Shown one piece after another: positions 40,233-52,141 of a stretch of DNA of 64,000 nucleotides (the stretch's first letter is position 1; each line of letters opens with the position of its first letter). The position numbers were made by a program, and so were the translations under genes. The DNA is taken from assembly GCA_964016885.1 (NCBI GenBank), contig OZ024747.1, positions 49,290,001 through 49,354,000 of the forward strand, written 5' to 3'. Source of the stretch: Eledone cirrhosa. Its lineage: Eukaryota. The notes beneath the pieces were generated by a model. The model had not been told where the DNA came from. It saw nothing but the letters and a program-made list of their open reading frames with translations, and did not search any database.

Positions 40233-41360
40233 GCAAAGGATCCTCGGCTGGATTTTAACTCAGAATGTACAGAGCCGTAACTCTATGCTGCGAAGCATGG
40301 TGTCCAATCCTCTAAATAATTGTTTCTACTTTTGGCACAAGGCCAGCAATTATCCAGTACATTACTGGTACTTTATTTTATCGACCCCGTAAGGATGAAA
40401 GGCAAAGTTAACCTCGGCGGGATTTGAACTCAGAATGGCAAGAGCCGTAACTATGCAGCAAAGCATGGCGTCCAACCCTCTATCGATTCTGCCAATCTAC
40501 CGTCCAATGCTCTAAATAATGTACCAGCAGCTGTGTTGGTGGTGGAGCATCAAGGCTCAGCTGGAGCTATACAACAATATACAGAATAGAAAACTTCAAA
40601 TGCTATTTGTTTATATCCTAGTATAGATGTGCTCAGTGTGTAATTTGAACCCCCTTGTCAATCATAATATGATACAGGGAGGAGTGCAGGACAGCACCCA
40701 GAATATATTTTTTTAATCCCATTTGTAAAATAAGTTGGATTACTTGGAATAAATAATTGTTTCTACTTTAGGCACAAGGCCAGCAATTACCCAGTGCATT
40801 ACTGGTACTTTATTTTATCGACCCCGTAAGGATGAAAGGCAAAGTCAACCTCGGCGGGATTTGAACTCAGATCGTAAAGGGACATAACTATGCTGGAAAG
40901 CATGGCGTCCGACCCTCTACCGATACTGCCAATCCACAATAAATAATGAATGTATATTACGTAATTTATGTACTAAATTTCATAACTCTTGATTAAATAT
41001 AATTTTATTGCTTATTTCAAGATTCACTTCTTTAAAATTTTCAAATGTCAACACTTCCAGTTAGCACCTGTTATATTATAACACTTATTACATCGCTTAT
41101 ATAAATGTTCATATATTTCCGTCACTAATATTCTCCTAATGCAGTTTATATATAATATCGTCTTTTTTAAAATGTATTTGGATTACTTTACTGATTACAG
41201 AAGAGGGTGTAACACAGTCTCTCTTCAATTTCTGTGCATATTGTCAATTATGATTTTATTTGACGTATCATATCTAAATGCATATATATTTGCATATAAT
41301 ATCAATATACACACTACACATGCTAGCAGAAAACCACCCGAAGGTTGGTTTTTCTGCTAG
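40233..41360 (+). mobile_element. Non-autonomous Helitron-like segment, copy B, carrying two younger SINE-A insertions (~40321-40501 and ~40758-40937)
   Basis: Ends in hairpin-CTAG|T at 41360. SINE TSDs gtccaat(c/g)ctctaaataat (40302-40320 and 40502-40520) and aataaataat (40748-40757 and 40938-40947). Both sites are empty in copy A. Confidence 0.8.
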
Positions 41361-42239
41361 TAATAAATAAATACTCAGTAAAATATTTCTATACAGCAAA
41401 TAATTGAATATATGCATTTTTTAAGTTTGAATATTATTAACTTTTATTAAGTTATATATTGTTTACTTAATAGTTTAATCTTCTTCCACATTCTCTATGT
41501 TTCTAATGTTTTCTAATCTGCAGTTAATAAATAAATAAACAAGCATCCTTTTCCTTTGCATGTGGTAAAATTATCAATGAAATATACTAGATTATAACCA
41601 CATAAACTCCTTCAAAACCTCAACAATATATTTTCAAGTATGTCATTAATCTTTCTAAAATGCTTTTCTCCCTATTTCATTTCTGAAAAGCTACATCTTA
41701 TAATGTATATGTGCCATTAAACACCTCACATAAAATAATACACTCCAATATTGCCCACACAATGAAACAAATGCATATAAATGAACTGTTGATGATGCTT
41801 TTTCACTTTCTAGAATGTTAAAGCACATTGTATTGTGAGGTAAACCTTGTTACTTGAGGACTTCTTTTAATGCATTTGAAATTCTTTCTGTGTATATATT
41901 GATGTTGTCGTCATTTCTATTATTTATCTATATGTAAGCTGATATCTTATGAAAATAAACTGATGATACCGATTTTGAGCATATTCCCGATGGTTGAAGT
42001 ATAAAAACACAAGGAAATTTAAACAAACATTTTTCCTTAGAAAAAATTTTTTTTTTCTTTTCTCTTAAGAAAATTCTAAAATTTCTGATTTTATATCTCA
42101 CATCCTCAGGATGAATCTCTATCGGTCGAAACATGTTAGTTTGAAAGCACATTGACTCTTTGGTGTTTCTTATTCTTATGTATATACATATAACTCCATA
42201 CTATTAGTCCCAATAGTATAGATCCATCTCACATCAGAT

Positions 42240-44330
42240 TTGCGAGGCAGTGCATTAGAGAAAATTGTGATATCATTGGTGGGAAGTGTGTCCGAGATGA
42301 TAAAACACACTTGCCCGCACAGACACCGAAAATAAAGCTGTGTGGAAGAGCCATTACTAAATGAGGAGAATGCATGGGAGAAAGAGACCCTACAGAGGGC
42401 TCAGCCATACAAGTCAGCAGCAGTGTAGTAAGGCAATTAAGGATATGAAGACTGGGAAAGCAACCGCTCCAACGGGAATAGTTGCCAAGATGCTGAAAGC
42501 ATGTGAGTTAGTAGGTCACACTTTAATCATATGTATTGTAAACCAAGTAATACTAAATGGTGTTACACCAAAAGATTGGTGCAACTGCTACAAGGGAAAA
42601 GGAGATGCACTTAGATAGAGGAAAATATAGAGGCATCAAGTTGATAGACCAGGTTATGAAAATAACAAGAAAAAGTTATAACACAGTTGATTAGGGACCG
42701 GGTAAATCTAGGTAAGATGCAGTTCGGATCTGTACTAGCCAAAAACACCAAAGATGCTCTCTTCCTGGTGAAGCAGTCGCAGGAAAAGTACCTAGTTAAA
42801 AGTAAGCTGCTCTACCTGGCATTGTTGACCTGGAAAATGCCCTGTGCCACAATCTGGTGGACTCTTAGAAAACTAGGAGTAGATGAGTGGCTTGTGAAGG
42901 CTGTACAAGCCATGTATAGGACAGCAGTCAGCAATGTTGCGATTAACAACAACTATAGAGAGGAATTTAGCATGCAGGTTGGCATCCACCAGGGCTCTGT
43001 TCTTAGCCCTCTCCTGTTATGATCGTTTTGTAGGCTATAGCAGAGGAGTTTAAGACTGGATGCCCATGGGGACTCCTGTATGCGGATGATCTTGCACACA
43101 CATAGCAGAGTCTATGGTGGAACTGGAGAAAAAATTCCAAACATGGAAGCAAGGCCTAGAAACAAGGGGTCTTAAAGTCAAGCTGACAAAGATTAAGGTC
43201 ATAGTAAGTAGAAGAGAAAACAGCCCTGATCCCCCCGGGAAAAAGGCCTTGCTCAGTGTGTAGGAGAGGTGTGTGGAAACGCTATCCTCTGTCCCAAATG
43301 CAACCTATGGGTTCACAAGAGATGTAGTGGGATCTCAGGAAGTTTAGCTAAGAACGTAGGCTTTACATGTAGTAGTAGTTGCATCAGGACAGTAAGCAGC
43401 AAATGACTGCAGGGAACAAGCACTACCAAATTCCTGGAAGGTTCAGTAGAAACAGTAGACAGCTTCTGCTACCTGGGTAACCAATTTAGCAGTGGAAGTA
43501 GGTGTTCTGAAAGTACAATAGCCAGAGTAAGAACAGGAAGGAAGAAGTTCAGGGAACAACTACCGCTACTAGCTTCAAAAAGCTCTTCTCTCAAAATGAA
43601 AGGCAGATTGTATGATGCTTGCATACAAACAGCAATGTTGCATGGTAGTGAGACCTGGGCATTCTGTGTACAAAAGACTTGCATAGATTGGAAAGAAGTG
43701 AAGCTTGCATGCTCCGAATAGTAATTTACATGAATGGGAAAACATAAACAAACAGAGAAACTAGGCTTAAGAGGAATTGGATGCAGTGCACAGGAGAGGA
43801 TCTGTGATGGATATGAAGGATGACAGCTGTATAAAAAGGTACAGAGTGTTCAAAGTCAATAGGAGCTTTGGAGTGGGGAGACCCAGGAAGACTTGGGATG
43901 AGGTGATAAAAGCTGACCTTGCTAAATTGCACCTCTCAAAGACGATGACACAGGACTGGGATCTCTGGTGGTATGCAGTAATACAGAATACCTGCCTGCT
44001 CATGGGCACAGGCTGAAGTATACATATATATAGTATGCACCACCCCTACCCCACTCCATCTCATCTCTCATGAGGAGAGGCTGTCACATACATTCAGTGA
44101 AGCCTCTAGCCTACACTGAAAAGTGGTCGTAATGGCGACATGGCAAAAAGCACCCAGCCCACACTGTAAAGTGGTTGTCTAGGAGTCATGACGAAAAGCA
44201 CCCAGTCCACACTGTAAAGTGGTTGTGTAGGTGTCACAACAAAAAGTGCCCAGCCCACATTGTAAAGTGGTTGTCTAGGAGTCACGACAAAAAGCACCCA
44301 GTCCACACTGAGATGGTCATGAGAAAAAGC
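42240..44330 (+). mobile_element. RTE-clade LINE (decayed) with SINE-like repeated 3' modules
   Basis: MKTGKA, GIHQGSVLSPLL, LYADDL (~43076), LHGSETWA and GRPRKTW, followed by cacccagcccacactgtaaagtgg repeats at ~44140-44310. Confidence 0.9.
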
Positions 44331-44461
44331 ACGCAGCACACGTTCATGACCGAAGGCGGTCTTTACTTATATATATATCATCATCATATGTTCAGTTTCC
44401 CTGCTGGCATGAGTTGGGCAGATTGATCTGAAATTAGACGTGTCAGAGAATCACACATTAA

Positions 44462-44666
44462 CCCTTTAATGTTCAAACTGGTCAAAACCGGCCAGAATTC
44501 TCTACTTTTTATGTTTAACTGGCTGTAACTGGTCACTCAAACTGATGTTAAGGTATTGTTCTCAAAATAAATACTTTCAAAATCTCAGATTCGATATTAA
44601 GTGAGATAAAGCCTTTACCATGAAAATATAATAGTATATATATAGAGTAATGTGAATGCTAAAGGG
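44462..44666. mobile_element. piggyBac-like MITE
   Basis: ttaa|cccttt...gctaaaggg; same family as 19051-19247. Confidence 0.7.
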
Positions 44667-46267
44667 CTAACTCATACATGCCATAAACGGAATGTATGAA
44701 CAAGGTGTGGTTTTCTGACAAAGTCCACACCCAACCTAGCCATTACAGTTTTCCCACCTGTTACTCAGCCTATATGAACCACAATAGCCTCTATCCTAGT
44801 ATTGTATACACATCCTCCAGTTTAATCAACAATACATCTAACACACTGTATCACAAACATATAGAAGGAGGTCTTTAGATGGTCATTAGACCTGCTAAAT
44901 ATAGCTACCAAAACACCCTCTCCCATTAAAATAAGAACGAAAAACATAATATACTGATAGGTAAGTGGTGATAACCACAGGTGGATTGACTGACTAGGCC
45001 TGCTCACAAAAGGCTGGTCCAGGATTACAACAACAACAAATCTGTATGGTGACAATTTCCAGTTTATGACATACGATAAAGAAACTATTATTTACAATTC
45101 TTTATTCAGTGACAACATTTCACTTTTCCTCTTTCGAAATGAATAAGTTTTTTTTTTGTTTTTGTTTTTTAAACAAATCAATATTTCTGTTTAATAAATA
45201 TTCTGTAATTGAGTGTGCACGGCCTCTAGCTTTCCTTCGATTAATTTCTATCGACTTTATTATTTTGTAAATTATGTTGGTGAGTATAAGTATATAATGT
45301 TTCAAATTATAATATATTCTGGAAATTGTCTAAAAATTGCAAACGTCGGAGTTATTTATGTAATTTTTACGAGTAGATTTCACATGAAAGAAAACACGAT
45401 GAAAATATTTGAGTATAAACAGAGGAACTTTAGGAAAATATACAACTGAAAGTTTATAAAAAACAGAGAGAGATTCTGGTGTCGACATCTTATTTGAAAA
45501 AACAAATATGTAGAACAGAAATTAAGAAGCATCATTTACGATGGTGACATTTTAATAAACCTAACTGCCTCTCTCTTCATTTCCTCCGTTCATTCATCAT
45601 AAATAATTCTTTGATATGTAACATTTTAATTAATTCGCAATAAACACAGACTAGTTTAAATTCACCGTATAAATACTGTTATATAGATTATATTATACAG
45701 CAGTGGTTGTTGTCGTTTAATATTTTTGACAACCTTTATACACCGCCATCGCACTTATATATTTTTACTTTTGTCTGATCACTACCGAAATAAATATATA
45801 TTTTAAAACAGTGTGTTAAATTTCTGGACCAAGTTTCCAACAAGCGGGTTCCACGAAATAAAGTGTCACTTAGTAAACATTTAATGTATGTACAATCTTC
45901 TCTGGTACAGAGGAGAGAAAAATAAGGTATTCTTTGTAAGGGTCCCTATTAATTTGTATTGCATTTAAAACCCAACAAAGCATACACACACACACACACG
46001 TATATATGTGTATGTGTGAATAAATTCTCTATGTAAAACAATTATTTCATGTCTAATTAAAAATTAGGTTGGCGGGGAAGGTACGCAAAAAGCAGGTGTG
46101 ACAATTCTGGTTCTGCAACAGTTTGGAAACCACTGATCTACACACAGACAAAATGAAATAAACGAGAGAAAAAGAAAAGATTTAACGATTAAGTTTTTCA
46201 CTTAGAGATTGTCAAAATTAGATGTAAATAAACTAAAATTGATGTTTCCAGGTGACTAAGTATTATT

Positions 46268-46406
46268 GGTGTGTGTGTGTGTGTGTGTGTGTGTGTGGTG
46301 TGGTGTGGTGTGGTGTGGTGTGGTGTGGTGTGGTGTGGTGTGGTGTGGTGTGGTGTGGTGTGGTGTGGTGTGGTGTGGTGTGGTGTGGTGTGGTGTGGTG
46401 TGGTGT

Positions 46407-46455
<49 letters not shown>

Positions 46456-46462
46456 TGTGTGT
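46268..46462. repeat. (GT)n-(GTGGT)n-(GT)n microsatellite
   Basis: Visible directly. Confidence 0.97.
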
Positions 46463-46469
46463 GCGCACA

Positions 46470-47845
46470 CGTTTTTGAATTTATTTTGCGAGATTTCTTA
46501 TCTGAAAACGTGTGTTGAAAGAGATATTGTTATACTTTGTGAGGGTCATGTTGCCAATAAAAACACACGCACCTGTTGGTGGCTCGATAACCGGAAGGTT
46601 GTTTATATATTGTCAAAGCTCTTTCGTCACGCATTCTGTGACCTCCTCAGTGAATAGGTTTTTATTTTGTGTGTTGTGTGCTTAGTTTGCGGATGCGTTA
46701 CACCCGGCTGTGTATGTGTGCGTTTTTATTTATTTATGTGTTTTTTACTTTACACTAACTAGTTAGTTGTTTGTTCTATCTGTGTGTGTCTGATTTGTTT
46801 TGTTAGTTTGGTTTTTGTGTGTGTCTGTATGTCTTCATTTTGTCCTTAATTACTAGTTGTGATGTTGCTATTCCACTCATGTTTTCTGTTTAATTTTGGT
46901 TGGAAACTCAACTGTTTCGAACCACATAAAAATCAACATACTGATTGCGGACTTAGTAAGAGTGATGAGGAACGTGTCTCGCATGTGCAACCCCAAAGAA
47001 TTAGAGAGACACATACAACACTTGATCCACCGCATACAGTTCTCTGGCCACAATCAGAGAGACAAGATCATGGTATATAAAGGAGCTAGAACCAAATGGT
47101 CAAAGATTGTAGAAAATGATGCAAATGAAACTTGCGCCATGTATAGGAGGAAATTTTGGAACAGAATAGAAAGGATTAGGAATAAAGCAAATAAAATAAA
47201 CTCATTGTATGATAGCAATAAATACCAGAGTGTAATGTTCGTCAATACAACCCCTAGAGGCGAACTAGCTTATAGATTTAGAAGGGCCCTAGATAACTCA
47301 AATTAAATATTAAGATAGTTGAAAGACCAGGTACTCCCATAAAAACCCTAATTAGTAAAACACCTATTTCAAAGATCCCCCCGTGCTGATAAGAAATGCA
47401 TAGTCTGCAAGCTAAGCCAGCAAATTAACTGCAAAACTAGGAACGTAGTATATAGCATAAGATGTACTGAGGGTCAGCGTAGGAATAAGAATATAACATA
47501 CATAGGTGAAACAGCCCATAGCATAGGAGAAAGGATAAGTGAACACTGGCGAGAACTCCAAGATGGGAAAAACTCATCAGTACTCCACCAACATGCCAAC
47601 ATAGAACATAGGGACACACTAGGGAACATAGAGATACAAATTATATCCACACACAGAAAAGATGCAAGGCTCAGACAAATCACAGAGGCAACAAATATAA
47701 ACAAACTCCAACCGAAATTAAACAGAAAACATGAGTGGAATAGCAACATCACAACAAATAGTTAAGGATAAAATGAAGACATACAGACACACACAAATAC
47801 CAAACAACCAACTAGTGACAAGTAAAAAACACATAAATAAACACT
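46470..47845 (+). mobile_element. Penelope-like retroelement: 5' inverted pseudo-LTR, RT C-terminus and GIY-YIG endonuclease remnant
   Basis: NCKTRNVVYSIRC...YIGETAHSIGERISEH (~47427-47546); ~46720-46902 is the reverse complement of ~47706-47845 (the same MMLLFHSCFLFNFGW ORF start appears on both strands). Confidence 0.9.
46611..46654 (-). ncRNA. Minimal type I hammerhead-type ribozyme motif in the Penelope pseudo-LTR
   Basis: TTCA-CTGAGGA-G-GTCAC-AGAATGC-GTGAC-GAAA-GAGC-TT-TGAC: CUGANGA and GAAA cores, stem II, vestigial stem III. Confidence 0.6.
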
Positions 47846-47919
47846 GTGTTGTTTTTTTCAGTACGTTCTCGTCAGATAAAATATCTGACGAGGACGTACT
47901 GAAAAAAAAACAACACAGT
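47843..47919. repeat. ~77-nt near-perfect hairpin at the 3' end of the Penelope copy
   Basis: actgtgttgtttttttcagtacgttctcgtcagat / atctgacgaggacgtactgaaaaaaaaacaacacagt. Confidence 0.85.
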
Positions 47920-47976
47920 ACCTTCGAAATATATATAATAAAGCATATATTTTGATTATGTGAATAATATATATAT

Positions 47977-48128
47977 AGGTAAAATTCCGTTTAACGAATA
48001 CCATTAAACGAATTTTTCAGTATAACGAAATTTTCAATCTCCGGCCACACGCTCGATGTGTTTGGTGGATCTCGTTAAAGAATTTTTCGTTACACCTCGT
48101 GAATTTTGTTATAACGGAATTTCACTGC
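47977..48128. mobile_element. Tc1/pogo-type MITE remnant
   Basis: Inverted ends gtaaaattccgtttaacg...gttataacggaatttcactg. Confidence 0.55.
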
Positions 48129-48269
48129 ACACGCCCACACACAATATACATAAATACTGTGTAATAAGCACAAAAGGGAATAGATTTCCTAGAGAAAAAG
48201 AAATAAAATGGAAAAGAAAGAGAAACTGTATTTCAGTAAATATTTACTACCAATATTGCCTATCTCTTT

Positions 48270-48705
48270 GGATTAGCAGTAGAATCGATAGAGCGTTGGA
48301 CAACATGCTTTGCGACAAATAGTTATGTCCCTTTACGTTCTGAGTTCAAATCCCGTCGAGGTTAGCTTTGCCTTTATCCCTACGGGGGTCGATAAAATAA
48401 AGTACCAGTAACAAACTGGGCTCGATTTAAAGTAAAGTAAATGTCGATTTCATTGTTTACAGTCCGTCTACCATTTACGAAAGCTCGCTTTCTTTCCATT
48501 TTTAACTTTATTAAATACAATAATAATTGTTTCTATTTTAGGCACAAGGCCGCAATCACCCAGTACATTACTGGTACTTTATTTTATCGACCCCGTAAGG
48601 ATGAAAGGCAAAGTTACCCTCGGCGGGATTTGAACTCAGAATGGCAAGGGCCGTAACTCTATGCGTCAAAGCATGGTGTCCGACTCTCTACCGATACTGC
48701 CAGCC
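48270..48705. mobile_element. Two SINE family A copies in opposite orientation (48270-48425 +, 48523-48705 -)
   Basis: Core sequence on both strands, about 100 bp apart. Confidence 0.85.
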
Positions 48706-48889
48706 ATAATAATACTAATTGAACAAGTTCTTATTTTAAGATAAAGAGAAATAGGGAAGATTCGTTGAAATAAGAAATATTGTCAAAGAAAACGAGAAAT
48801 TAAAGTGAAGAAAAAACTACAACTTTTTCGTATTCAGGAAGGAAAAGCTGGTTAATTCAGTGTTTTACTATTAATATTTCGTTCGGTTT

Positions 48890-49400
48890 CCCAACACAAT
48901 AGTGACGCCCGACACTGAGCTGGACAGACTTGCACTCAACTGGATAGCGACTGCTAGCACATGGGTGTTTCCATGAGGGTCGTCTTCCGGATCTGTGAGC
49001 CTTACAAATGCCGCTGCGGTTCAACTGTGGATTCTTTCGGTCTCCCCCCATTGTCATGCTGCTCTCAATGAGATTATAAAGCATGGCCTGGACGGCGTTG
49101 GCTGGACCGAGGTGACGGCAAAAGGCCAGGCGGAGGTAGGCCCCTTCATCTGGGATGCTACGTGTTGTGTCACCTTCTCTAGCGGCTACCAGCCCAGACT
49201 CTGCTGTCCGCCAGTTCGAAGAGGACCAACTATCGGCCGCTCTCTGGGAGGTCTGTGGTTGAGCCTGTGGGAGTACTACTGGATCCCTGCTTACTACTAT
49301 TGGAGTGGTGTTAGCTGCCTGCAGGTACGAGCCCTGCCAGGTGAAGTGGCTGTACCAGCGCGTCTCCCTCTGAGGCAATGTCTTTGTGGCGGTGACATGC
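48890..49400 (+). mobile_element. CRE-clade non-LTR retrotransposon fragment (zinc knuckle + RLE)
   Basis: ICEPYKCRCGSTVDSFGL, HAALNEIIK, GDGKRP and FIWDATC in mixed frames. Confidence 0.75.
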
Positions 49401-49631
49401 GGATTAGGTTTACTTCCATAAACCTGATTAGTAAGAGTGTGAAAACATTTACATAACTAACTACCGACTTACACATACATACACACCCAGACACACACAT
49501 ATATATAGTGTCTCAAAGGGTTAGACCTATTCACGTCTATGCTATGAAACCATTGGTGATGCATAAATACTGTGTTTACCGAATGCTTTTTTCTTTCGTT
49601 TGAAACTGTACACACAAACATTAAATATATA

Positions 49632-49668
<37 letters not shown>

Positions 49669-49729
49669 TATAACCAAAGATTATTATGGTTCGTTGATTA
49701 CTCAATGAATATATATATATATATATAAA

Positions 49730-49865
49730 GTTACGGCCGTTGTCATTCTGAGTTCAAATCCCGCCGAGGTTAACTTTGCCTTTCATCCTTACGGGGTCGA
49801 TAAAATAAAGTACCAGTAATACACTGGGATAATTGCTGGTCTTGTGCCAAAAGTAGAAACGATTA
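49730..49865 (+). mobile_element. 5'-truncated SINE family A
   Basis: gagttcaaatcccgccgaggttaactttgcctttcatccttacggggtcgataaaataaagtaccag. Confidence 0.88.
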
Positions 49866-50157
49866 TATATATATATATATAAACAAAAATTTACTCCTTA
49901 CAGTGTTTCATCTAAGGCATAATAGCAATATAACAGGTCTATATATATATGTGCGTATGCATATATATTATTATTATAAAAGTAGAAACAATTATTATAA
50001 AGATTATATGCTTAGAATCTTCAGAGAAGAAACATTATTGTCTTTAATGATGTTGTTGGAGGGCAGTCCAATCTATATAACAAACGAATTTTACCATTAT
50101 TGGTATAATTATTCCTTTAGAGGCAAGTATACCCGGGGTTCGCATGTATGTGCGCGC

Positions 50158-50188
<31 letters not shown>

Positions 50189-51091
50189 TGTGCTTTGGCT
50201 TTCCACTAAATGTGACACCGTGTCTTAAAGAAACTTATCTACTAACACAATACTTCAATCAATCCCAACTATTTCCCCAATATCACCTTTTGTACAAACG
50301 AAAGAAATTAATTATTATAACAGTTATGAATGTCATTGTCAACCAGAACACCGTAGCTATTTTATACATGACATTAAGACTACATTGTATTGTGTTCTTT
50401 TTTATCCTTAAGATATTAGAGTGATTTGAGAGATCTGGTTGTTATTTCTAGCAGGTCAATCCTGGTGCAGTAGACATAGGATTAAAAGTATTCCAGGGAT
50501 GACCATCTCGTCTATTTGTAAATTTAAGATTTCACTGGCTAAATCTACTCTTCGTTTTTTAAATTTTTTTTTGTTTTTTTTAGACGATAGACCGTGATTT
50601 GAGGTAGATTCGACTGCTATTTTTAACAGATTAAACAATTATGAAGAGGTATTTCTGTTGGTTCGCAGTTGATGGCAGTGCTGATGGTTCAGAGGAGAGC
50701 TGTTGGAAGATGATCAGCAGTTTTGTTTGGTGTTTTAACTTCTGAGTTCAAATCAAAGTCAGATCGATTCACAAAAGAGTTTTGTTTGATTTCAACACAT
50801 ACAAAACAACAAAAAAGGCGGGTTTTTTTTCGGTGTTGGAACGTTATTTATATTGGTAGTCAAGTGAAAATACAGTAAATCAATTTATCTACGACAATAT
50901 TATAAGAGAGAACATGTCAAAATAGAAATTATTCCGACTGAGGTTGTTGTTTAGGTCCAAACCGACCCTCATTGAGATTGGCATTCCAACCGGCCGTAAC
51001 AATCCTGTCTGTATTTTACGTTTGGTCGTATGGTCGTATGGTCCATTCCAGATTACACCAGCCAATGTGTCCTTTCTTTGTATATATATAT

Positions 51092-51210
51092 AAGTTTAAT
51101 ATAGAAATGGCTTCTACAGGACTAGAACTGTTTCATTCAAAAGAAATATTGATGATTTCTTTTGAATGAAACAGTTCTAGTCTTGTAGAAGTCATTTCTA
51201 TATTAAACTT
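51092..51210. repeat. 56-bp-arm hairpin (2 mismatches, 7-nt loop) from a repeat family also present at ~54197-54373 and ~58291-58324
   Basis: Arms 51092-51147 and 51155-51210. Confidence 0.9.
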
Positions 51211-51759
51211 GATGTTTACAGTCTACTAATGTATTGAGTACCTTACTAACTGTGGTTACCCCCGATTGAACCCGGGACTCACACACACGCATATATATAT
51301 AAAGAATAAACGAGACTAACAGAGAGATGAAAAGGGACGGAAAAGTTGAAGATTTGGCTGCTATTTCTAACGTAGAGTCCCTCTCGTTAGTTCCTGTTAA
51401 GGTAGTTAGTAATCATAGTAAATCTTGTTCGTTTTTAGCAAAGCCTTTCCGACTAATTGACTGGTGTGACACCGTGCTTATTTATTGGTAAATATATTAG
51501 AACATATATAAATATAAAGGTATATTTACTTGTTGATAAAGTCGGAACATCTAATTAGTTTGGAAAGACACATGCACGGAGTGAAGTAAAACTATAATTT
51601 TGAGATAATTTTCTTACAAAACACGAGAAAGAGATAGACGAAAGGAGGAAATTAAAACAAAGCTATATTAATTAATAAAAACAAATACTAATATGGCAAA
51701 TAAAAGCAACGATAAATATAAGTTTTTCATAGATAATATATATATAAAATAGACGTTAC

Positions 51760-51784
51760 CATGGCCTGGACCTGGAAAAGACAT
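51760..51784 (-). CDS. INIP: SOSS complex subunit C, coding exon 1: MSFPGPGH(E)
   Basis: ataATGTCTTTTCCAGGTCCAGGCCATG|gtaacg, 25 nt, phase 1, joining exon 2 as G+AA=Glu. Total CDS 507 nt, 168 aa. Confidence 0.85.
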
Positions 51785-52141
51785 TATCCCCAAGGTCTGG
51801 TGGTCGGCGGAGATGTGTTAGATTCTCACTACAAAGCATGAGGCGGCACACAATGATAACATCACTGAATGAAAGTACGTCGATAGAGCAACATTAGTAA
51901 CGGCTTCTCTCATTGGTTGGAATTTTCATAATATTTCCGATTTGACTAATCAATTAGAGTGTTAGTAAAAAAACATAAAACCATAAAAGAATACCTTGCT
52001 GAATCTAAAGGCGAAGAGTTATTCTTCACGTGTGATTCAATTGGTTGTATTTGTGAAAGTAGGACCAATCAACGAGGAGATAACATGTAATGATTGTATA
52101 ATATTAGTGATGGATGCAAACGACGATCAATAACAACAGAT
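51785..52141. promoter_or_regulatory. Putative bidirectional promoter and 5' UTRs between INIP and the divergent gene
   Basis: Two ATG exons head-to-head; CCAAT/ATTGG at ~51912, ~52040 and ~52065; CACGTG at ~52027; no TE insertions. Confidence 0.65.

Noticed and set aside
46198-46657. VVWCG / HHTTP repeat ORFs
   Set aside because: Translations of the (GTGGT)n microsatellite.
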